Virus record (IMG/VR): IMGVR_UViG_3300045988_168302
Location: 1-42,096 of that record
Origin: a virus
Length of the DNA: 42,096 nucleotides
Reading direction: 5' to 3' (one strand)
Below the pieces are notes generated by a model. That model searched no databases, was not told the DNA's origin, and was given only the letters and a program-made list of their open reading frames with translations. The position numbers were made by a program, and so were the translations under genes. Every line of letters starts with the position of its first letter. Position 1 is the stretch's first letter. Positions 27,631-34,437 of the stretch are shown here, piece by piece.

Positions 27631-28009
27631 TGCGGTTAATATAATTGTATGGTTAAAAGTAGACGACGGTGGTTAAAGCAATTTTAGATTGCAGATTGGG
27701 ATTGCAGATTTTATCTGTAAGCCGTATTAGGATAACATGTGGAAACGCATGGCGGTTGGGGCAATGAGGTAACCGTTAAAAATCCTACCTGTGTAAAAGC
27801 AGGGACTAGTAGAAAGCTGGACTGGACGCAAGAAAACCAGGCGAAAAAAAATATAGTTATATCTTTAGTAAACTGCTAAAGGTATAACTATATCTAGAAC
27901 ACGGTTCCGCAATCCTCCCAAGCGTAATCTTTTTTGAGTTAGAAGTAAAGCCAAAGTTAGTGCCTAGTTTAAATAAATTTATATACACCAATAGAAAGAA
28001 GGTGAGTAG

Positions 28010-28198
28010 ATGCCAACGATAAAAGAAATAAAAGCTATAGCAAAAGATAGAGCTGTAGTACTACCAAAGAAAGCAAAAAAAGCAGATATGATACATATAT
28101 TGCAGAAGCAAGAGGGAAATAATCCTTGTTATGCAACTAAACAATGTAATATAGATGTGTGCCTTTGGTATAAGGATTGCCAAAAGGCAATAAAATAA
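28010..28198 (+). CDS. Small protein with a Rho_N/SAP-like N-terminus and a Cys-rich tail.
   Basis: IKEIKAIAKDRAVVLPKKAKKADMIHIL fits the Rho_N pattern. RBS gaaggtg. Confidence 0.4.
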   Translation: MPTIKEIKAIAKDRAVVLPKKAKKADMIHILQKQEGNNPCYATKQCNIDVCLWYKDCQKAIK

Positions 28199-28229
28199 GG
28201 AGCTACTAAAACAGTAACTCCTTTTTTTA
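28197..28229 (+). terminator. Rho-independent terminator.
   Basis: aaggagctac-taaaaca-gtaactcctt followed by ttttttt. Confidence 0.6.
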
Positions 28230-28286
28230 TAATCAAATTTGCGTTCCGACTATTAGATATGAAATTTGTATTTATTTGAAAATAGC

Positions 28287-28673
28287 TCATGAATTTTGGA
28301 CGTCGTTCATCACGACTTGAAGAATAAAATTATTTACACTTCGGTCTTGTTTTTGAGCTTCTTCTTTTACCTTGATATATAAATCCATATCAAGATTTAA
28401 ACATATTTTACCTTGTGGTTTAAATAGTTTTTCTACATCATTAAGCTCATTGTACATATTCTTTTTTAAAGTCTGTTTGATGTATCCTGTTACTGTTCTG
28501 CCTACGCTAGTAGCTTTATCTTTTAGACGAGTTTTTATTTCTTCTGTAACATAGAGAAATACTGTTTTTTTAGTATTTCTTGTAGGTGTTGGTATTGGTT
28601 TTTCAATTTTATCTTCGATCGGTTTTTTTTCTGTGAAAAATTCCGATGCTACAGTGAATTTTTTATTTGCCAT
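28287..28673 (-). CDS. Tandem ribbon-helix-helix protein, a likely ParG/CopG-like centromere-binding partner of ParA.
   Basis: Two beta-strand plus helix-helix units (KKTVFLYVTEEIKTRLKDKATSVGRTVTGYIKQTL and KICLNLDMDLYIKVKEEAQKQDRSVNNFILQVV). It overlaps the end of parA by 11 nt. Confidence 0.5.
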   Translation of the reverse strand: MANKKFTVASEFFTEKKPIEDKIEKPIPTPTRNTKKTVFLYVTEEIKTRLKDKATSVGRTVTGYIKQTLKKNMYNELNDVEKLFKPQGKICLNLDMDLYIKVKEEAQKQDRSVNNFILQVVMNDVQNS

Positions 28674-29379
28674 AATTTATTACCTCGTTAACGAAACTTT
28701 TATAATCTCGACCAGCATTACTATATTTTGCATAGTCGAAAATATTTTGTTTTAAATTTTGAGCTTCTGGAATAGCTACACATTCTCTTATTTGAGTATC
28801 AAAAACTCTTGTTCCATAATCAACTGTTTTTGATTTTAGCTCTTCTAATATATTTTGGGCTATTATAGTTCTAGCTTTAAATCTAGTTAGAAGAACACCC
28901 ATTATTTTTACTTGCACCTTTTGTATTTTTTCTATCAAGATATTTATACCCTGTGCAGAAAAAGTATCTGCGTGGGCAGTGATGATTATATAATCACTGG
29001 CACATAAAGCATTAATTGTAGTAATGCCTAGTGCTGGAGCTGTATCAATAATGATGTAGTCATATTTATCTTTTATGGGCATGAGTAAATCGTGCAAGAT
29101 AAATTCATATCCTGCACCACCTTGAATTTTTACAATATCAGGCGAGCCAGCAATCATATCGTTTTTGATACACTGATCTACAGCTGTTTCTTCTGTGAGC
29201 ATATCGAAAATATTATACTTATTATTCATGCAATTTTCTGCATTAGATAAATTGCATTGTGAATCTAGGTCAATTAGCAAGACTTTCTTTTTATAAAATT
29301 TTCTAAGTCCTGCTGCTAGGTTTTGGGCAGTAGTAGTTTTACCAACTCCGCCTTTTTGGTTTACAATACTAATTATCAT
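28663..29379 (-). CDS. parA: ParA/Soj-family partition ATPase.
   Basis: Deviant Walker A motif IVNQKGGVGKTTTAQNLA. 238 aa. RBS ggtgg. Confidence 0.85.
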   Translation of the reverse strand: MIISIVNQKGGVGKTTTAQNLAAGLRKFYKKKVLLIDLDSQCNLSNAENCMNNKYNIFDMLTEETAVDQCIKNDMIAGSPDIVKIQGGAGYEFILHDLLMPIKDKYDYIIIDTAPALGITTINALCASDYIIITAHADTFSAQGINILIEKIQKVQVKIMGVLLTRFKARTIIAQNILEELKSKTVDYGTRVFDTQIRECVAIPEAQNLKQNIFDYAKYSNAGRDYKSFVNEVINYGK

Positions 29380-29466
29380 AATTCTACCACCTTTTTAATA
29401 TAATTATACCATACAATTAATTATAAAATATAGTATTATTATATTTTATTTATAATATTTTTATAA

Positions 29467-29509
29467 CAAAAAAGGATATTACCAGGGCATTAGTAATATC
29501 CTTTTTTTA
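29467..29509. terminator. Bidirectional terminator with the conserved loop cagggcatta.
   Basis: aaaaaa-aggatattac-cagggcatta-gtaatatcct-ttttttt. Confidence 0.7.
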
Positions 29510-29863
29510 TTAAAGTTCATCAACAGCTGTAATTTTTACTTCAAAATGATTTTCTAATAATTCGTCAAATAAATCTGAACCATCAATTTCATCATTGTAA
29601 TACTTTTCTACGATTGATTTAGCTTTTGCTTCATCTTCTTTATTTACAAAAACAAATTCAATCATTATATCATATGCTTCGTCTTCTTCTTTATCATAAA
29701 ATGTGAATGATGGATTTTTATCTTCTACTAAGTTTCCACCATCTTCATAATCGAAAATAGATTTTCCACCGAGTTTTACCATTTCAGTATCAATTGCAAA
29801 TAAATCAATTGTTTCACCTAATAATTTTTTTGCTTCGTTAATAGTTTCTTGTTTGCTCATCAT
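29510..29863 (-). CDS. Acidic small protein, paralog A of a pair. Candidate DNA-mimic, anti-defence or immunity protein (speculative).
   Basis: 117 aa, very D/E-rich. The N-terminus MMSKQETINEAKKLLG is shared with 30045..30386. It has its own promoter and terminator. Confidence 0.6.
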   Translation of the reverse strand: MMSKQETINEAKKLLGETIDLFAIDTEMVKLGGKSIFDYEDGGNLVEDKNPSFTFYDKEEDEAYDIMIEFVFVNKEDEAKAKSIVEKYYNDEIDGSDLFDELLENHFEVKITAVDEL

Positions 29864-29916
29864 GATTAATTACCTCTTTTTATTATTTATTTCTTGTAGT
29901 TCCTTACTACACTTAT

Positions 29917-29945
29917 ATAATACCATATAAATAATATAATGTCAA
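29917..29945 (-). promoter_or_regulatory. Sigma70 promoter, TTGACA-17-TATTAT, for acidic gene A.
   Basis: Minus-strand reading gives ttgaca ttatattatttatatgg tattat. It is duplicated at 30439..30467. Confidence 0.65.
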
Positions 29946-30007
29946 CATAAAAATAATATAAAAATACCATAAAAATAATATAATTAAGATATAAATAGAT
30001 AAAAAAG

Positions 30008-30046
30008 AAGGCATCACCAAGGGCATTTGGCGATACCTTACTTTTT
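30008..30046 (-). terminator. Minus-strand terminator. The 12-bp stem is perfect only on the minus-strand RNA (two G-U pairs). Loop AATGCCCT.
   Basis: aaggcatcacca-agggcatt-tggcgatacctt. The plus strand has C-A mismatches. A T-run follows on the minus strand. Confidence 0.6.
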
Positions 30047-30386
30047 AAAGTTCTTCGATATTTGTAATTTCAATCGTAGTTTTACGTGCTTCTTCTTCTA
30101 ATTCCCATTCTTCTAATTCATCATTTATATATTTTTCATTACATTCTTTAGCATTGCCACTTATTATTTTATAAGTAACACCAAGATAAAAAACTTCATC
30201 TTCATTATCTACAAAAGTCCAACAAGGTTGTTCGTCATTGATGAATTCGCTTACGCTTAATTCATCAAAAATTGAACCAGCACCAAGTTTTACCATTTCA
30301 TTATCCAAGTCTGTATAACCGAATAATTGAAATTGTTTCCCAATTAAATTTTTTGCTTCGTTAATAGTTTTTTCTTTGCTCATCAT
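30045..30386 (-). CDS. Acidic small protein, paralog B.
   Basis: 113 aa. The N-terminus MMSKEKTINEAKNLIG matches paralog A. The upstream ~110 bp are near-identical to the region upstream of paralog A. Confidence 0.6.
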   Translation of the reverse strand: MMSKEKTINEAKNLIGKQFQLFGYTDLDNEMVKLGAGSIFDELSVSEFINDEQPCWTFVDNEDEVFYLGVTYKIISGNAKECNEKYINDELEEWELEEEARKTTIEITNIEEL

Positions 30387-30438
30387 GATTAATTCCTCAT
30401 TTCATTTATTTTTTTATGTAGTTCCTTACTACACTTAT

Positions 30439-30467
30439 ATAATACCATATAAATAATATAATGTCAA
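30439..30467 (-). promoter_or_regulatory. Sigma70 promoter, TTGACA-17-TATTAT, for acidic gene B.
   Basis: Duplicate of the promoter at 29917..29945. Confidence 0.65.
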
Positions 30468-30611
30468 TAGAAAAATAATATAAAAATACCATAAAAATAA
30501 TATAAATTTAAAATAAAACACAATATATAGTGGTTTTTGCAAACTCAATCAAAGTCAGTCAAAAATCTTGGAAAATCCATTTGGAGAATACATATTTTTG
30601 GCAAAATAAAA

Positions 30612-30660
30612 AAGGTAGACACTAGATATTGTGTTTCTAGCATCTACCTTGATATTTTGA
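30612..30660. terminator. Terminator hairpin downstream of the minus-strand membrane-protein gene.
   Basis: aaaaaa-ggtagacactag-atattgtgttt-ctagcatctacc-ttgatatttt. Confidence 0.5.
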
Positions 30661-30707
30661 CTTCCTATTTCTTACAAAATATGAAGTTAAATGTTTCACG
30701 TGGAACA

Positions 30708-30989
30708 TTATTTATTTATTTCTTTTTTTAAGGCATCTAAAACTTTATATAGTATGGATAAAATATGATAAAAACATGCTATACCGACAAATGCTAAATA
30801 TGCTAAAGCATAATTTAGATTATTTAAAAATGTAATATCGTCCCAATCAGAAAATAGATTTATTATTAGAATAGATGCTACAAATATGATACCAAGTATT
30901 ATTAAAAATTTAGGGAAAAATAAATCTATATCAGTATATAATCTTTTATTTTTCACATATTCATAAAATTTTTGTTCTTGTTCGTTCAT
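30708..30989 (-). CDS. Small membrane protein with two TM helices, a candidate superinfection exclusion protein.
   Basis: 93 aa with two hydrophobic helices. It lies in the repressor-proximal module. Confidence 0.5.
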   Translation of the reverse strand: MNEQEQKFYEYVKNKRLYTDIDLFFPKFLIILGIIFVASILIINLFSDWDDITFLNNLNYALAYLAFVGIACFYHILSILYKVLDALKKEINK

Positions 30990-31009
30990 AATAAAATTTC
31001 TCCTCTTTA

Positions 31010-31516
31010 TTAGTTTGGATAAATACTTTCTATTGCTTTATATGCAAAATCTTTTAATTGATTTAAAGATATACTACTATCATAAAAAGAAGTAAAGCAA
31101 GAATAAACTCTACCATTTTTATAATAATATGTATGTACTTCTTTAGTATTATTGTTGTTTTTTGTTATATAGATAATTCCATTTTTTATAGGTATTTTTT
31201 CTATATATATAATATTATTAAACTTGTTTTTTATATTGTTTTCCCATTCATTTAAAAAGTTTTTTGAATTTACGTTATAAGGAACATAGAATATGTCATG
31301 GATATTAAAGTACTCATTGTTTTCTGATTCTAAAAAATAACTGCTATAAAAAGGCGTTGTTATTATTATACTAGAATATCCAAGGCTTATTTCTGTAGTT
31401 AATGGAGATATATCCCAAAATACTGTACAATTTTCAGCTTTTATTTTAGTACTAGCAAATGATGTAGGAATACAGATAAAAAAAGATAATAGAAAAATAA
31501 TAATAATTCTTTTCAT
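31010..31516 (-). CDS. Secreted protein with a signal peptide.
   Basis: MKRIIIIFLLSFFICIPTSFAS. RBS aaggag. 168 aa. Confidence 0.55.
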   Translation of the reverse strand: MKRIIIIFLLSFFICIPTSFASTKIKAENCTVFWDISPLTTEISLGYSSIIITTPFYSSYFLESENNEYFNIHDIFYVPYNVNSKNFLNEWENNIKNKFNNIIYIEKIPIKNGIIYITKNNNNTKEVHTYYYKNGRVYSCFTSFYDSSISLNQLKDFAYKAIESIYPN

Positions 31517-31564
31517 TGCAAAGACTCCTTTATATTTTATTCAATAAAATTATACATCATAAAA

Positions 31565-31598
31565 GAAAAGACCACCATTAATGGTGGTCTTTTTTTAT
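31565..31598. terminator. Bidirectional terminator.
   Basis: aaaag-agaccacc-attaat-ggtggtct-ttttttt. Confidence 0.75.
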
Positions 31599-32086
31599 GC
31601 TCTGTTTTCTATGGTATCGTCGATAATATTTGTAGTAGTGGAAGCTGTATATTCGTTTTTTCCCTCTGCTACTTTTAATTCATTGGCTACCTGATTAAGC
31701 TTTTCGTCGTAAGTTTTTTCTTCATCAGAAGGACTTACCATAGCTTTTAAAATAGAAACAAAATTTTTACGCTGAATTTTAGGAAGATTTATATAGCTTT
31801 TTATAATTGATAATTCATCTTCATCTAAATCGAATTCTTTTACTAGGTCATTTATAATATTTTTTTCTGTAGTTTGATAAACTTCACCAGTACCATTTAA
31901 TATCCATTCTTTATTAATAGAATAAATATCACAAATATGATTTATTAATAGTTCTTTTGGCTCAACTCGATTTAGTTCAATATTTGCTATTACGTATTTA
32001 CCTACCCCCAAACGTTCACCAAATTCTTCTTGGTTTAAATTTTTTTCTTTACGAATAAACTTTATTCTTTCTTGTATAGTTTTCAA
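31595..32086 (-). CDS. XRE-family HTH repressor, CI-like, with a C-terminal oligomerisation or sensor domain. TTG start.
   Basis: The HTH is NLNQEEFGERLGVGKYVIANIELNRVEP. SD gaggtg 5 nt before TTG 32086. It is divergent from the early operon across palindromic operators. Confidence 0.7.
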   Translation of the reverse strand: MKTIQERIKFIRKEKNLNQEEFGERLGVGKYVIANIELNRVEPKELLINHICDIYSINKEWILNGTGEVYQTTEKNIINDLVKEFDLDEDELSIIKSYINLPKIQRKNFVSILKAMVSPSDEEKTYDEKLNQVANELKVAEGKNEYTASTTTNIIDDTIENRA

Positions 32087-32107
32087 AATATCACCTCACT
32101 TAATTAT

Positions 32108-32136
32108 ATAATACTAGGTCTATAAATTGTTGTCAA
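32108..32136 (-). promoter_or_regulatory. Leftward sigma70-like promoter for the repressor gene (-35 TTGACA inside operator 1, 17-nt spacer, -10 TATTAT).
   Basis: Minus-strand reading gives ttgaca acaatttatagacctag tattat. Confidence 0.55.
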
Positions 32137-32143
32137 CAATTTA
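32123..32143. promoter_or_regulatory. Operator 1, a 21-bp palindrome TAAATTGTTG-t-CAACAATTTA.
   Basis: Perfect inverted repeat. The half-site is shared with operators 2 and 3. Confidence 0.65.
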
Positions 32144-32164
32144 TAGGGAAAAATATAAAAATAA

Positions 32165-32179
32165 ATTGTTGACAACAAT
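32165..32179. promoter_or_regulatory. Operator 2, ATTGTTG-a-CAACAAT, overlapping the -35 of the rightward promoter.
   Basis: Perfect 15-bp palindrome. Confidence 0.65.
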
Positions 32180-32197
32180 AAAAAATATTGCTAAAAT
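32169..32197 (+). promoter_or_regulatory. Rightward early promoter, TTGACA-17-TAAAAT.
   Basis: Consensus -35, 17-nt spacer and a good -10. It points toward the small ORF at 32256 and the rep region. Confidence 0.55.
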
Positions 32198-32227
32198 ATG
32201 CTTGTAACAATTAATTTATTATTTTTG

Positions 32228-32240
32228 TTGTTTATAACAA
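32228..32240. promoter_or_regulatory. Operator 3 (TTGTT-tat-AACAA), weaker, next to the RBS of the first early gene.
   Basis: Half-site palindrome related to operators 1 and 2. Confidence 0.4.
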
Positions 32241-32255
32241 TAAGGAGTTGTTAAT

Positions 32256-32411
32256 ATGGAAAAAAATCAAAATTTAAATGAAATAAAAAAAGAATTATTA
32301 GAAGATGTAATTCCTAATCTTAAAAAATATAAGGAACAGGGAAAAGACGTTGTTCTTCTTAAAGGTATTGCTATTGGTTTAAAAATAGCTAAAGAAGAAA
32401 AGATTGCATGA
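32256..32411 (+). CDS. Small early protein of 51 aa, in the Cro position. Not in the supplied ORF track because it is under 60 aa.
   Basis: Strong RBS taaggag with 7-nt spacing. The frame is open from ATG to TGA. Confidence 0.4.
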   Translation: MEKNQNLNEIKKELLEDVIPNLKKYKEQGKDVVLLKGIAIGLKIAKEEKIA

Positions 32412-32433
32412 GGTTTATTTTTAGTTAAAAAAA

Positions 32434-32484
32434 TGCAAGTAGATATATAGAGAGATTTTGAGATAAGTTATATATCTACTTGCA
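32434..32484. promoter_or_regulatory. Large perfect inverted repeat: 16-bp arms tgcaagtagatatata / tatatatctacttgca with a 19-nt loop.
   Basis: Perfect 16/16 complementarity. No T-run follows. Confidence 0.5.
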
Positions 32485-32639
32485 GAAATGAAGAAAACTT
32501 TGCAAATGAAATTATAGCATCATTAAGAATAACTATGGTTTTATTGAGTAATACAAGCCCAGCAACGCACCCAAACCCTATCTCTAAAAAGTAAAAAAGT
32601 AAATATAAATTTGCTGGGCTTGTCTACTTAATAAAAGGA

Positions 32640-32822
32640 GTGGTGATTATGTATAGGTTAGGATATTGCAAATTGATGAAGGTAAAAGAACTTCGCAGGA
32701 TTGTACATAATTATGGAATATTACATGCTGTTCAATCGTTAGGAGCTAATAAAGAAAGGAGAGCAAAATATGGATTTAAAAGAGTTGAAAGAAGTGGCAA
32801 AGCCACTGGTCAAATATCTTAG
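32640..32822 (+). CDS. Small ORF of 60 aa. An alternative to the overlapping 32771..32926 ORF.
   Basis: RBS aaaaggagtgg. Basic protein. Confidence 0.3.
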   Translation: MVIMYRLGYCKLMKVKELRRIVHNYGILHAVQSLGANKERRAKYGFKRVERSGKATGQIS

Positions 32823-32926
32823 AGAAAATGAAAATCCGCATCAGAAAATCATTATCGACCAAGTGTCGGTAAAAATCATTTTTGATGATGTATTTATACC
32901 AATTGTAGAAGTTAATAAGCTTTAAA
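32771..32926 (+). CDS. Small ORF of 51 aa.
   Basis: RBS aaaggagag 6 nt before ATG. Confidence 0.35.
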
Positions 32927-32962
32927 AGAATAGAAAAGTAAAATCTTTATCAGGTCTTTTTT

Positions 32963-32993
32963 AAAAGGGGTTCTCGCCCCTTTTATGACTTGA
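32963..32993 (+). promoter_or_regulatory. GC hairpin (aaaaGGGG-ttctcg-CCCCtttt) followed by CTTGATA. Terminator and/or double-strand origin nick site for the adjacent Rep.
   Basis: The only GGGG/CCCC stem in the region. CTTG/ATA at 32987..32993 matches the nick motif of pC194/phiX-type rolling-circle origins. It is 80 nt upstream of rep. Confidence 0.45.
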
Positions 32994-33075
32994 TAAAGAT
33001 ATTATTTTAATAATCATGCAGTACATATTTATATAAATAAAAATACATAAAAAATAAAAGAAAGGAGTAAGCAAT

Positions 33076-33978
33076 ATGTCTTATGTTAAGAAACAGACAA
33101 GTATAAATAATGATAATATCTTGGAGATATATTACACCAAGAAATTACCTGTAAAGAATAATATAAGAAGCCCAAAAATGGGACTTACTCCTTTGGCACA
33201 AGAAGAAGTGAATAACAAGAATTCTATAAATTTGTTAAGGCTTCTTATTTTAAATAATTTTGGTGATGGGGATTTATTTCTATCTCTAACTTATAAAGAT
33301 AAGAAAGAGGAAAATAAAAAAGAACCGACACCAGAAGAAGCGAAAAAGCATTTGGCTAATTTTAGACAGAAGTTAATTCGTTTCTATAAAAAGAAAAATG
33401 CTGTAGTGAAGTATATATTTTGTACGGAATGTACTTCAAAACAGCAAAGAATACATCACCATTTGCTTTTAAAAGTTGAAGGTTGTGATGTAAATCCAAC
33501 AGATATAAAAAATCTTTGGGGACATGGTTTCGTATCTGTAAAAATCTATGGCGGACAAATAACAGATGCCGAAGACCTCGCAAATTACATGGTGAAGAAA
33601 AAGAGAAATGCTTTCTTCACTGCTCCAGGAGTATTCAAAAAAAGGTATAACGCTAGTAAAAACTTGGAAAAACCGCAAGTTACTAGCGTTATTGTGCGTA
33701 GGAAATATTGGCTAAGAGAACCAAGAATTCCGAAAGGATATATGCTGGACAAAAACAGTCTTATAAATGGTATTTATACATTTGGTAATGGAGAAAGCGA
33801 TTATGAATACCAATTTTATAGATTAATCAAGATTGATAAACCTGCAAGGCGAATAAACTTGCAGGAAAAAGTGAAAGCTAAAAGAGTTAAAAAAGAAATC
33901 TACTTTACACATAATCTAAACAAAATAGATTTCTTAATAAAATACAAAAAGCCTAGAGCCGAAAGCAATACGAGCTAA
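33076..33978 (+). CDS. rep: Rolling-circle replication initiator (HUH endonuclease Rep).
   Basis: Motif 1 FLSLTYKD at ~33274. Motif 2 IHHHLLLKV (HUH) at 33455..33463. Motif 3 LANYMVKKK with the catalytic Tyr at 33586. Confidence 0.7.
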   Translation: MSYVKKQTSINNDNILEIYYTKKLPVKNNIRSPKMGLTPLAQEEVNNKNSINLLRLLILNNFGDGDLFLSLTYKDKKEENKKEPTPEEAKKHLANFRQKLIRFYKKKNAVVKYIFCTECTSKQQRIHHHLLLKVEGCDVNPTDIKNLWGHGFVSVKIYGGQITDAEDLANYMVKKKRNAFFTAPGVFKKRYNASKNLEKPQVTSVIVRRKYWLREPRIPKGYMLDKNSLINGIYTFGNGESDYEYQFYRLIKIDKPARRINLQEKVKAKRVKKEIYFTHNLNKIDFLIKYKKPRAESNTS

Positions 33979-34028
33979 TTTGCTCTAGAATTTGCTTTAC
34001 AAAAAAATAAAAAAATGAGGTGCAGCAG

Positions 34029-34436
34029 ATGGAAGTAAAAGTAAATGAAAGTGATAAGAAAGTATCTTGGCAGGGAAGAGTTAGAATTGTGTCTTGCAAA
34101 AATTGTGGAAAAGTTTTTGAAACACGATACCTGAATAAACTTTATTGCTGTATGGAATGTAGAAATGAATATACAGCAAAGAGAAAAAAGAAAAAACTTG
34201 AAGAAGAAAAAAACAAGAAGCCAAAGATAAAAAGAATGGATATAGTTTCTGCTATAGCTAAAGTAACAGGCTTAAGTTTTGGTGTGGTGAGTGAACTATA
34301 TCCAAATGTAGAAAAAATATTGGCTAAAGCAAAATATGAACAAAGCATTGGTAGAGCTAAGCCAATAAAAATAGACGATTACAGAAAAATAAATATATCA
34401 AGTGAGCATACAGCGTGCTTCTTATTGGGGTGTTGA
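34029..34436 (+). CDS. Zinc-ribbon protein with a basic tail (CKNCG..CCMEC), a possible small transcription factor.
   Basis: C-x2-C-x13-CC-x2-C followed by a K-rich segment. RBS gaggtg 6 nt before ATG 34029. Confidence 0.5.
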   Translation: MEVKVNESDKKVSWQGRVRIVSCKNCGKVFETRYLNKLYCCMECRNEYTAKRKKKKLEEEKNKKPKIKRMDIVSAIAKVTGLSFGVVSELYPNVEKILAKAKYEQSIGRAKPIKIDDYRKINISSEHTACFLLGC

Positions 34437-34437
34437 T

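Noticed and set aside
27300-27950. tRNA or tmRNA gene, or an attP core, searched for in the GC-rich noncoding region.
   Set aside because: There is no canonical T-loop (GTTCRANYC) or acceptor-stem arrangement. GGTTCCGCAATCC at ~27903 has a 9-nt loop. No integrase is present anywhere.
30537-30731. 64-aa plus-strand ORF.
   Set aside because: It spans a terminator hairpin and the 3' end of a minus-strand gene, and has no RBS.
33362-33678. Two minus-strand ORFs (33362..33583 and 33469..33678) opposite rep.
   Set aside because: They are antisense to a gene with all three rolling-circle motifs and have no RBS.
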